In this document: positions 40,017 to 52,897 of the stretch, piece after piece | How the letters are laid out: each line of letters begins with the position of its first letter | Numbering within the stretch: the stretch's first letter is position 1 | Source: the human T2T-CHM13v2.0 reference genome, Homo sapiens | Strand: one strand, 5' to 3' | DNA length: 64,000 nt | Assembly (NCBI RefSeq): GCF_009914755.1 | Contig: NC_060942.1 | Notes under the pieces: model-generated | The model's input: the letters and a program-made list of their open reading frames with translations, nothing else | Told to the model about the DNA's origin: nothing | The model's database searches: none | Position numbers and translations under genes: made by a program

Positions 40017-42726
40017 TCTTTGGGATGTTTGCATTCAAGTCACAGAGTAGAACATTCCCTTTGGTAGAGCAGGTTTGAAACACTCTTTTTGTAGTATCTG
40101 GAAGTGGACATTTGGAGCGCTTTCAGGCCCATGTTGGAAAGGGAAATATCTTCCCGTAACAACTAGGCAGAAGCATTCTCAGAAACTTATTTGAGATGTG
40201 TGTACTCAACTAAGAGAATTGAACCACCGTTTTGAAGGAGCAGTTTTGAAACACTCTTTTTCTGGAATCTGCAAGAGTATATTTGCCTAGCCTTGAGGAT
40301 TTCGTTGGAAACGGGATTGTCTTCAGAGAAAATCTAGACAGAAGTATTCTCAGAAACTTCTTTGGGATGTTTGCATTCAAGTCACAGAGTAGAACATTCC
40401 CTTTGGTAGAGCAGGTTTGAAACACTCTTTTTGTAGTATCTGGAAGTGGACATTTGGAGCGCTTTCAGGCCTACGTTGGAAAAGGAAATATCTTCCCATA
40501 ACAACTAGACAGAAGCATTCTCAGAAACTAGTTTCTGATGTGTGTCCTCAACTAACACAGTTGAACATTTCTTTAGACAGAACAGTTTTGAAACACTCTT
40601 TTTGTGGAATCTGCAAGTGGCTATTTGGCTAGATTTGAGGATTTCGTTGGAAACGGGATTACATATAAAAAGCAGTCAGCAGCATTCTCAGAAAGTTCTT
40701 TGTGATGATTGCATTCAAGTCACAGAATTGAACATTCCCTTTCACAGAGCAGGTTTGAAACACTCTTTTTGTAGTGTGTGTAAGTGGACATTTGGAGCAC
40801 TTACCGGCCTAAGGTGAAAAAGGAAATATCTTCCCATAAAAACTAGACAGAAGCATTCTCAGAAACTTACTCGTGATGTGTGTCCTCAACTAAAGGAGTA
40901 GAACCTTTCTTTTCATAGAGAAGTTTTGAAACGCTCTTTTTGTGGAATCTGCAAGTGGATATTTGGCTAGTTTTGAGGATTTCGTTGGAAGCGGGAATTC
41001 ATACAAATTGCAGACTGCAGCGTTCTGAGAAACATCTTTGTGATGTTTGTATTCAGGACACAGAGTTGAACATTCCCTATCATAGAGCAGGTTTGAATCA
41101 CTCCTTTTGTAGTATCTGGAAGTGGACATTTGGAGCGCTTTCAGGCCTATGTTGGAAAAGGAAATATCTTCCCATAACAACTAGACAGAAGCATTCTCAG
41201 AAACTTATTTGAGATGTGTGTACTCAACTAAGAGAATTGAACCACCGTTTTGAAGGAGCAGTTTTGAAACTCTCTTTTTCTGGAATCTGCAAGTGGATAT
41301 TTGGCTAGCTTTGGGGATTTCGCTGGAAGCGGGAATACATATAAAAAGCACACAGCAGCGTTCTGAGAAACTGCTTTCTGATGTTTGCATTCAAGTCAAA
41401 AGTTGAACACTCCCTTTCATAGAGCAGTCTTGAAACACCCCTTTTGTAGTATCTGGAACTGTTCTTTTGGAGCGATTTCAGGGCTAAGGTGAAAAAGGAA
41501 ATATCTTCCCATAAAAACTGGACAGAAGCATTCTCAGAAACTTGCTTATGCTGTATCTACTCAACTAACAAAGTTGAACCTTTCTTTTGATAGAGCAGTT
41601 TTGAAATGGTCTTTTTGTGGAATCTGCAAGTGGATATTTGGCTAGTTTTGAGGATTTCGTTGGAAGCGGGAATTCATACAAATTGCAGACTGCAGCGTTC
41701 TGAGAAACATCTTTGTGATGTTTGTATTCAGGACACAGAGTTGAACATTCCCTATCATAGAGCAGGTTTGAATCACTCCTTTTGTAGTATCTGGAAGTGG
41801 ACATTTGGAGTGCTTTCAGGCCTATGTTGGAAAAGGAAATATCTTCCCATAACAACTAGACAGAAGCATTCTCAGAAACTTATCTGAGATGTGTGTACTC
41901 AACTAAGAGAATTGAACCACCGTTTTGAAGGAGCAGTTTTGACACACTCTTTTTCTGGAATCTGCAAGTGGATATTTGGCTAGCTTTGGGGATTTCGCTG
42001 GAAGCGGGAATACATATAAAAAGCACACAGCAGCGTTCTGAGAAACTGCTTTCTGATGTTTGCATTCAAGTCAAAAGTTGAACACTCCCTTTCATAGAGC
42101 AGTCTTGAAACACCCCTTTTGTAGTATCTGGAACTGGACTTTTGGAGCGATTTCAGGGCTAAGGTGAAAAAGGAAATATCTTCCCATAAAAACTGGACAG
42201 AAGCATTCTCAGAAACTTGTTTATGCTGTATCTACTCAACTAACAAAGTTGAACCTTTCTTTTGATAGAGCAGTTTTGAAATGGTCTTTTTGTGGAATCT
42301 GCAAGTGGATATTTGGCTAGTTTTGAGGATTTCGTTGGAAGCGGGAATTCATACAAATTGCAGACTGCAGCGTTCTGAGAAACATCTTTGTGATGTTTGT
42401 ATTCAGGACACAGAGTTGAACATTCCCTATCATAGAGCAGGTTGGAATCACTCCTTTTGTAGTATCTGGAAGTGGACATTTGGAGCGCTTTCAGGCCTAT
42501 TTTGGAAAGGGAAATATCTTCCCGTAACAACTATGCAGAAGCATTCTCAGAAACTTGTTTGTGATGTGTGCCCTCTACTGACAGAGTTGAACCTTTCTTT
42601 TCATAGAGCAGTTTTGAAACACTCTTTTTGTAGAATCTGCAAGAGGATATTTGCATAGCTTTGAGGATTTCGTGGGAAACGGGATTGTCTTCAGGTAAAA
42701 TCTAGACAGAAGCATTCTTAGAAACT
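40017..42726 (+). repeat. 16-mer HOR structural variant U20 (2710 bp), haplotype B
   Basis: Anchor spacing 40542->43252 = 2710. Markers GAAGTATT (40345), TGACACACT (41943), GCATTCTTAGA (42719). Confidence 0.96.
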
Positions 42727-45700
42727 TCTTTGGGATGTTTGCATTCAAGTCACAGAGTAGAACATTCCCTTTGGTAGAGCAGGTTTGAAACACTCTTTTT
42801 GTAGTATCTGGAAGTGGACATTTGGAGCGCTTTCAGGCCCATGTTGGAAAGGGAAATATCTTCCCGTAACAACTAGGCAGAAGCATTCTCAGAAACTTAT
42901 TTGAGATGTGTGTACTCAACTAAGAGAATTGAACCACCGTTTTGAAGGAGCAGTTTTGAAACACTCTTTTTCTGGAATCTGCAAGAGTATATTTGCCTAG
43001 CCTTGAGGATTTCGTTGGAAACGGGATTGTCTTCAGAGAAAATCTAGACAGAAGCATTCTCAGAAACTTCTTTGGGATGTTTGCATTCAAGTCACAGAGT
43101 AGAACATTCCCTTTGGTAGAGCAGGTTTGAAACAGTCTTTTTTTAGTATATGGAAGTGGACATTTGGAGCGCTTTCAGGCCTACGTTGGAAAAGGAAATA
43201 TCTTCCCATAACAACTAGACAGAAGCATTCTCAGAAACTAGTTTCTGATGTGTGTCCTCAACTAACACAGTTGAACATTTCTTTAGACAGAACAGTTTTG
43301 AAACACTCTTTTTGTGGAATCTGCAAGTGGCTATTTGGCTAGATTTGAGGATTTCGTTGGAAACGGGATTACATATAAAAAGCAGTCAGCAGCATTCTCA
43401 GAAAGTTCTTTGTGATGATTGCATTCAAGTCACAGAATTGAACATTCCCTTTCACAGAGCAGGTTTGAAACACTCTTTTTGTAGTGTGTGTAAGTGGACA
43501 TTTGGAGCACTTACCGGCCTAAGGTGAAAAAGGAAATATCTTCCCATAAAAACTAGACAGAAGCATTCTCAGAAACTTACTCGTGATGTGTGTCCTCAAC
43601 TAAAGGAGTAGAACCTTTCTTTTCATAGAGAAGTTTTGAAACGCTCTTTTTGTGGAATCTGCAAGTGGATATTTGGCTAGTTTTGAGGATTTCGTTGGAA
43701 GCGGGAATTCATACAAATTGCAGACTGCAGCGTTCTGAGAAACATCTTTGTGATGTTTGTATTCAGGACACAGAGTTGAACATTCCCTATCATAGAGCAG
43801 GTTTGAATCACTCCTTTTGTAGTATCTGGAAGTGGACATTTGGAGTGCTTTCAGGCCTATGTTGGAAAAGGAAATATCTTCCCATAACAACTAGACAGAA
43901 GCATTCTCAGAAACTTATTTGAGATGTGTGTACTCAACTAAGAGAATTGAACCACCGTTTTGAAGGAGCAGTTTTGAAACACTCTTTTTCTGGAATCTGC
44001 AAGTGGATATTTGGCTAGCTTTGGGGATTTCGCTGGAAGCGGGAATACATATAAAAAGCACACAGCAGCGTTCTGAGAAACTGCTTTCTGATGTTTGCAT
44101 TCAAGTCAAAAGTTGAACACTCCCTTTCATAGAGCAGTCTTGAAACACCCCTTTTGTAGTATCTGGAACTGGACTTTTGGAGCGATTTCAGGGCTAAGGT
44201 GAAAAAGGAAATATCTTCCCATAAAAACTGGACGCGCATTCTCAGAAACTTGGTTATGCTGTATCTACTCAACTAACAAAGTTGAACCTTTCTTTTGATA
44301 GAGCAGTTTTGAAATGGTCTTTTTGTGGAATCTGCAAGTGGATATTTGGCTAGTTTTGAGGATTTCGTTGGAAGCGGGAATTCATACAAATTGCAGACTG
44401 CAGCGTTCTGAGAAACATCTTTGTGATGTTTGTATTCAGGACACAGAGTTGAACATTCCCTATCATAGAGCAGGTTGGAATCACTCCTTTTGTAGTATCT
44501 GGAAGTGGACATTTGGAGCGCTTTCAGGCCTATTTTGGAAAGGGAAATATCTTCCCGTAACAACTATGCAGAAGCATTCTCAGAAACTTGTTTGTGATGT
44601 GTGCCCTCTACTGACAGAGTTGAACCTTTCTTTTCATAGAGCAGTTTTGAAACACTCTTTTTGTAGAATCTGCAAGAGGATATTTGCATAGCTTTGAGGA
44701 TTTCGTGGGAAACGGGATTGTCTTCAGGTAAAATCTAGACAGAAGCATTCTCAGAAACTTCTTTGGGATGTTTGCATTCAAGTCACAGAGTAGAACATTC
44801 CCTTTGGTAGAGCAGGTTTGAAACACTCTTTTTGTAGTATCTGGAAGTGGACATTTGGAGCGCTTTCAGGCCCATGTTGGAAAGGGAAATATCTTCCCGT
44901 AACAACTAGGCAGAAGCATTCTCAGAAACTTATTTGAGATGTGTGTACTCAACTAAGAGAATTGAACCACCGTTTTGAAGGAGCAGTTTTGAAACACTCT
45001 TTTTCTGGAATCTGCAAGAGTATATTTGCCTAGCCTTGAGGATTTCGTTGGAAACGGGATTGTCTTCAGAGAAAATCTAGACAGAAGCATTCTCAGAAAC
45101 TTCTTTGGGATGTTTGCATTCAAGTCACAGAGTAGAACATTCCCTTTGGTAGAGCAGGTTTGAAACAGTCTTTTTGTAGTATCTGGAAGTGGACATTTGG
45201 AGCGCTTTCAGGCCTACGTTGGAAAAGGAAATATCTTCCCATAACAACTAGACAGAAGCATTCTCAGAAACTAGTTTCTGATGTGTGTCCTCAACTAACA
45301 CAGTTGAACATTTCTTTAGACAGAACAGTTTTGAAACACTCTTTTTGTGGAATCTGCAAGTGGCTATTTGGCTAGATTTGAGGATTTCGTTGGAAACGGG
45401 ATTACATATAAAAAGCAGTCAGCAGCATTCTCAGAAAGTTCTTTGTGATGATTGCATTCAAGTCACAGAATTGAACATTCCCTTTCACAGAGCAGGTTTG
45501 AAACACTCTTTTTGTAGTGTGTGTAAGTGGACATTTGGAGCACTTACCGGCCTAAGGTGAAAAAGGAAATATCTTCCCATAAAAACTAGACAGAAGCATT
45601 CTCAGAAACTTACTCGTGATGTGTGTCCTCAACTAAAGGAGTAGAACCTTTCTTTTCATAGAGAAGTTTTGAAACGCTCTTTTTGTGGAATCTGCAAGTG

Positions 45701-48700
45701 GATATTTGGCTAGTTTTGAGGATTTCGTTGGAAGCGGGAATTCATACAAATTGCAGACTGCAGCGTTCTGAGAAACATCTTTGTGATGTTTGTATTCAGG
45801 ACACAGAGTTGAACATTCCCTATCATAGAGCAGGTTTGAATCACTCCTTTTGTAGTATCTGGAAGTGGACATTTGGAGTGCTTTCTGGCATATGTTGGAA
45901 AAGGAAATATCTTCCCATAACAACTAGACAGAAGCATTCTCAGAAACTTATTTGAGATGTGTGTACTCAACTAAGAGAATTGAACCACCGTTTTGAAGGA
46001 GCAGTTTTGAAACACTCTTTTTCTGGAATCTGCAAGTGGATATTTGGCTAGCTTTGGGGATTTCGCTGGAAGCGGGAATACATATAAAAAGCACACAGCA
46101 GCGTTCTGAGAAACTGCTTTCTGATGTTTGCATTCAAGTCAAAAGTTGAACACTCCCTTTCATAGAGCAGTCTTGAAACACCCCTTTTGTAGTATCTGGA
46201 ACTGGACTTTTGGAGCGATTTCAGGGCTAAGGTGAAAAAGGAAATATCTTCCCATAAAAACTGGACAGAAGCATTCTCAGAAACTTGTTTATGCTGTATC
46301 TACTCAACTAACAAAGTTGAACCTTTCTTTTGATAGAGCAGTTTTGAAATGGTCTTTTTGTGGAATCTGCAAGTGGATATTTGGCTAGTTTTGAGGATTT
46401 CGTTGGAAGCGGGAATTCATACAAATTGCAGACTGCAGCGTTCTGAGAAACATCTTTGTGATGTTTGTATTCAGGACACAGAGTTGAACATTCCCTATCA
46501 TAGAGCAGGTTGGAATCACTCCTTTTGTAGTATCTGGAAGTGGACATTTGGAGCGCTTTCAGGCCTATTTTGGAAAGGGAAATATCTTCCCGTAACAACT
46601 ATGCAGAAGCATTCTCAGAAACTTGTTTGTGATGTGTGCCCTCTACTGACAGAGTTGAACCTTTCTTTTCATAGAGCAGTTTTGAAACACTCTTTTTGTA
46701 GAATCTGCAAGAGGATATTTGCATAGCTTTGAGGATTTCGTGGGAAACGGGATTGTCTTCAGGTAAAATCTAGACAGAAGCATTCTCAGAAACTTCTTTG
46801 GGATGTTTGCATTCAAGTCACAGAGTAGAACATTCCCTTTGGTAGAGCAGGTTTGAAACACTCTTTTTGTAGTATCTGGAAGTGGACATTTGGAGCGCTT
46901 TCAGGCCCATGTTGGAAAGGGAAATATCTTCCCGTAACAACTAGGCAGAAGCATTCTCAGAAACTTATTTGAGATGTGTGTACTCAACTAAGAGAATTGA
47001 ACCACCGTTTTGAAGGAGCAGTTTTGAAACACTCTTTTTCTGGAATCTGCAAGAGTATATTTGCCTAGCCTTGAGGATTTCGTTGGAAACGGGATTGTCT
47101 TCAGAGAAAATCTAGACAGAAGCATTCTCAGAAACTTCTTTGGGATGTTTGCATTCAAGTCACAGAGTAGAACATTCCCTTTGGTAGAGCAGGTTTGAAA
47201 CAGTCTTTTTTTAGTATATGGAAGTGGACATTTGGAGCGCTTTCAGGCCTACGTTGGAAAAGGAAATATCTTCCCATAACAACTAGACAGAAGCATTCTC
47301 AGAAACTAGTTTCTGATGTGTGTCCTCAACTAACACAGTTGAACATTTCTTTAGACAGAACAGTTTTGAAACACTCTTTTTGTGGAATCTGCAAGTGGCT
47401 ATTTGGCTAGATTTGAGGATTTCGTTGGAAACGGGATTACATATAAAAAGCAGTCAGCGGCATTCTCAGAAAGTTCTTTGTGATGATTGCATTCAAGTCA
47501 CAGAATTGAACATTCCCTTTCACAGAGCAGGTTTGAAACACTCTTTTTGTAGTGTGTGTAAGTGGACATTTGGAGCACTTACCGGCCTAAGGTGAAAAAG
47601 GAAATATCTTCCCATAAAAACTAGACAGAAGCATTCTCAGAAACTTACTCGTGATGTGTGTCCTCAACTAAAGGAGTAGAACCTTTCTTTTCATAGAGAA
47701 GTTTTGAAACGCTCTTTTTGTGGAATCTGCAAGTGGATATTTGGCTAGTTTTGAGGATTTCGTTGGAAGCGGGAATTCATACAAATTGCAGACTGCAGCG
47801 TTCTGAGAAACATCTTTGTGATGTTTGTATTCAGGACACAGAGTTGAACATTCCCTATCATAGAGCAGGTTTGAATCACTCCTTTTGTAGTATCTGGAAG
47901 TGGACATTTGGAGTGCTTTCAGGCCTATGTTGGAAAAGGAAATATCTTCCCATAACAACTAGACAGAAGCATTCTCAGAAACTTATTTGAGATGTGTGTA
48001 CTCAACTAAGAGAATTGAACCACCGTTTTGAAGGAGCAGTTTTGAAACACTCTTTTTCTGGAATCTGCAAGTGGATATTTGGCTAGCTTTGGGGATTTCG
48101 CTGGAAGCGGGAATACATATAAAAAGCACACAGCAGCGTTCTGAGAAACTGCTTTCTGATGTTTGCATTCAAGTCAAAAGTTGAACACTCCCTTTCATAG
48201 AGCAGTCTTGAAACACCCCTTTTGTAGTATCTGGAACTGGACTTTTGGAGCGATTTCAGGGCTAAGGTGAAAAAGGAAATATCTTCCCATAAAAACTGGA
48301 CGCGCATTCTCAGAAACTTGGTTATGCTGTATCTACTCAACTAACAAAGTTGAACCTTTCTTTTGATAGAGCAGTTTTGAAATGGTCTTTTTGTGGAATC
48401 TGCAAGTGGATATTTGGCTAGTTTTGAGGATTTCGTTGGAAGCGGGAATTCATACAAATTGCAGACTGCAGCGTTCTGAGAAACATCTTTGTGATGTTTG
48501 TATTCAGGACACAGAGTTGAACATTCCCTATCATAGAGCAGGTTGGAATCACTCCTTTTGTAGTATCTGGAAGTGGACATTTGGAGCGCTTTCAGGCCTA
48601 TTTTGGAAAGGGAAATATCTTCCCGTAACAACTATGCAGAAGCATTCTCAGAAACTTGTTTGTGATGTGTGCCCTCTACTGACAGAGTTGAACCTTTCTT

Positions 48701-51700
48701 TTCATAGAGCAGTTTTGAAACACTCTTTTTGTAGAATCTGCAAGAGGATATTTGCATAGCTTTGAGGATTTCGTGGGAAACGGGATTGTCTTCAGGTAAA
48801 ATCTAGACAGAAGCATTCTCAGAAACTTCTTTGGGATGTTTGCATTCAAGTCACAGAGTAGAACATTCCCTTTGGTAGAGCAGGTTTGAAACACTCTTTT
48901 TGTAGTATCTGGAAGTGGACATTTGGAGCGCTTTCAGGCCCATGTTGGAAAGGGAAATATCTTCCCGTAACAACTAGGCAGAAGCATTCTCAGAAACTTA
49001 TTTGAGATGTGTGTACTCAACTAAGAGAATTGAACCACCGTTTTGAAGGAGCAGTTTTGAAACACTCTTTTTCTGGAATCTGCAAGAGTATATTTGCCTA
49101 GCCTTGAGGATTTCGTTGGAAACGGGATTGTCTTCAGAGAAAATCTAGACAGAAGCATTCTCAGAAACTTCTTTGGGATGTTTGCATTCAAGTCACAGAG
49201 TAGAACATTCCCTTTGGTAGAGCAGGTTTGAAACAGTCTTTTTGTAGTATCTGGAAGTGGACATTTGGAGCGCTTTCAGGCCTACGTTGGAAAAGGAAAT
49301 ATCTTCCCATAACAACTAGACAGAAGCATTCTCAGAAACTAGTTTCTGATGTGTGTCCTCAACTAACACAGTTGAACATTTCTTTAGACAGAACAGTTTT
49401 GAAACACTCTTTTTGTGGAATCTGCAAGTGGCTATTTGGCTAGATTTGAGGATTTCGTTGGAAACGGGATTACATATAAAAAGCAGTCAGCAGCATTCTC
49501 AGAAAGTTCTTTGTGATGATTGCATTCAAGTCACAGAATTGAACATTCCCTTTCACAGAGCAGGTTTGAAACACTCTTTTTGTAGTGTGTGTAAGTGGAC
49601 ATTTGGAGCACTTACCGGCCTAAGGTGAAAAAGGAAATATCTTCCCATAAAAACTAGACAGAAGCATTCTCAGAAACTTACTCGTGATGTGTGTCCTCAA
49701 CTAAAGGAGTAGAACCTTTCTTTTCATAGAGAAGTTTTGAAACGCTCTTTTTGTGGAATCTGCAAGTGGATATTTGGCTAGTTTTGAGGATTTCGTTGGA
49801 AGCGGGAATTCATACAAATTGCAGACTGCAGCGTTCTGAGAAACATCTTTGTGATGTTTGTATTCAGGACACAGAGTTGAACATTCCCTATCATAGAGCA
49901 GGTTTGAATCACTCCTTTTGTAGTATCTGGAAGTGGACATTTGGAGTGCTTTCTGGCATATGTTGGAAAAGGAAATATCTTCCCATAACAACTAGACAGA
50001 AGCATTCTCAGAAACTTATTTGAGATGTGTGTACTCAACTAAGAGAATTGAACCACCGTTTTGAAGGAGCAGTTTTGAAACACTCTTTTTCTGGAATCTG
50101 CAAGTGGATATTTGGCTAGCTTTGGGGATTTCGCTGGAAGCGGGAATACATATAAAAAGCACACAGCAGCGTTCTGAGAAACTGCTTTCTGATGTTTGCA
50201 TTCAAGTCAAAAGTTGAACACTCCCTTTCATAGAGCAGTCTTGAAACACCCCTTTTGTAGTATCTGGAACTGGACTTTTGGAGCGATTTCAGGGCTAAGG
50301 TGAAAAAGGAAATATCTTCCCATAAAAACTGGACAGAAGCATTCTCAGAAACTTGTTTATGCTGTATCTACTCAACTAACAAAGTTGAACCTTTCTTTTG
50401 ATAGAGCAGTTTTGAAATGGTCTTTTTGTGGAATCTGCAAGTGGATATTTGGCTAGTTTTGAGGATTTCGTTGGAAGCGGGAATTCATACAAATTGCAGA
50501 CTGCAGCGTTCTGAGAAACATCTTTGTGATGTTTGTATTCAGGACACAGAGTTGAACATTCCCTATCATAGAGCAGGTTGGAATCACTCCTTTTGTAGTA
50601 TCTGGAAGTGGACATTTGGAGCGCTTTCAGGCCTATTTTGGAAAGGGAAATATCTTCCCGTAACAACTATGCAGAAGCATTCTCAGAAACTTGTTTGTGA
50701 TGTGTGCCCTCTACTGACAGAGTTGAACCTTTCTTTTCATAGAGCAGTTTTGAAACACTCTTTTTGTAGAATCTGCAAGAGGATATTTGCATAGCTTTGA
50801 GGATTTCGTGGGAAACGGGATTGTCTTCAGGTAAAATCTAGACAGAAGCATTCTCAGAAACTTCTTTGGGATGTTTGCATTCAAGTCACAGAGTAGAACA
50901 TTCCCTTTGGTAGAGCAGGTTTGAAACACTCTTTTTGTAGTATCTGGAAGTGGACATTTGGAGCGCTTTCAGGCCCATGTTGGAAAGGGAAATATCTTCC
51001 CGTAACAACTAGGCAGAAGCATTCTCAGAAACTTATTTGAGATGTGTGTACTCAACTAAGAGAATTGAACCACCGTTTTGAAGGAGCAGTTTTGAAACAC
51101 TCTTTTTCTGGAATCTGCAAGAGTATATTTGCCTAGCCTTGAGGATTTCGTTGGAAACGGGATTGTCTTCAGAGAAAATCTAGACAGAAGCATTCTCAGA
51201 AACTTCTTTGGGATGTTTGCATTCAAGTCACAGAGTAGAACATTCCCTTTGGTAGAGCAGGTTTGAAACAGTCTTTTTTTAGTATATGGAAGTGGACATT
51301 TGGAGCGCTTTCAGGCCTACGTTGGAAAAGGAAATATCTTCCCATAACAACTAGACAGAAGCATTCTCAGAAACTAGTTTCTGATGTGTGTCCTCAACTA
51401 ACACAGTTGAACATTTCTTTAGACAGAACAGTTTTGAAACACTCTTTTTGTGGAATCTGCAAGTGGCTATTTGGCTAGATTTGAGGATTTCGTTGGAAAC
51501 GGGATTACATATAAAAAGCAGTCAGCAGCATTCTCAGAAAGTTCTTTGTGATGATTGCATTCAAGTCACAGAATTGAACATTCCCTTTCACAGAGCAGGT
51601 TTGAAACACTCTTTTTGTAGTGTGTGTAAGTGGACATTTGGAGCACTTTCCGGCCTAAGGTGAAAAAGGAAATATCTTCCCATAAAAACTAGACAGAAGC

Positions 51701-52897
51701 ATTCTCAGAAACTTACTCGTGATGTGTGTCCTCAACTAAAGGAGTAGAACCTTTCTTTTCATAGAGAAGTTTTGAAACGCTCTTTTTGTGGAATCTGCAA
51801 GTGGATATTTGGCTAGTTTTGAGGATTTCGTTGGAAGCGGGAATTCATACAAATTGCAGACTGCAGCGTTCTGAGAAACATCTTTGTGATGTTTGTATTC
51901 AGGACACAGAGTTGAACATTCCCTATCATAGAGCAGGTTTGAATCACTCCTTTTGTAGTATCTGGAAGTGGACATTTGGAGCGCTTTCAGGCCTATGTTG
52001 GAAAAGGAAATATCTTCCCATAACAACTAGACAGAAGCATTCTCAGAAACTTATTTGAGATGTGTGTACTCAACTAAGAGAATTGAACCACCGTTTTGAA
52101 GGAGCAGTTTTGAAACTCTCTTTTTCTGGAATCTGCAAGTGGATATTTGGCTAGCTTTGGGGATTTCGCTGGAAGCGGGAATACATATAAAAAGCACACA
52201 GCAGCGTTCTGAGAAACTGCTTTCTGATGTTTGCATTCAAGTCAAAAGTTGAACACTCCCTTTCATAGAGCAGTCTTGAAACACCCCTTTTGTAGTATCT
52301 GGAACTGGACTTTTGGAGCGATTTCAGGGCTAAGGTGAAAAAGGAAATATCTTCCCATAAAAACTGGACAGAAGCATTCTCAGAAACTTGTTTATGCTGT
52401 ATCTACTCAACTAACAAAGTTGAACCTTTCTTTTGATAGAGCAGTTTTGAAATGGTCTTTTTGTGGAATCTGCAAGTGGATATTTGGCTAGTTTTGAGGA
52501 TTTCGTTGGAAGCGGGAATTCATACAAATTGCAGACTGCAGCGTTCTGAGAAACATCTTTGTGATGTTTGTATTCAGGACACAGAGTTGAACATTCCCTA
52601 TCATAGAGCAGGTTGGAATCACTCCTTTTGTAGTATCTGGAAGTGGACATTTGGAGCGCTTTCAGGCCTATTTTGGAAAGGGAAATATCTTCCCGTAACA
52701 ACTATGCAGAAGCATTCTCAGAAACTTGTTTGTGATGTGTGCCCTCTACTGACAGAGTTGAACCTTTCTTTTCATAGAGCAGTTTTGAAACACTCTTTTT
52801 GTAGAATCTGCAAGAGGATATTTGCATAGCTTTGAGGATTTCGTGGGAAACGGGATTGTCTTCAGGTAAAATCTAGACAGAAGCATTCTCAGAAACT
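42727..52897 (+). repeat. Five tandem 12-mer HORs (U21-U25; lengths 2033, 2035, 2033, 2035, 2035)
   Basis: Anchor starts 43252, 45285, 47320, 49353, 51388, 53423. Net 2-bp deletions at ~44234 and ~48302. Confidence 0.95.

Noticed and set aside
36897-50038. New ORFs appearing only in some units (36897-37157, 44015-44272, 45710-45970, 48083-48340, 49778-50038)
   Set aside because: They arise simply from stop-removing SNVs or the 2-bp deletion. Useful as haplotype markers, not evidence of coding function.
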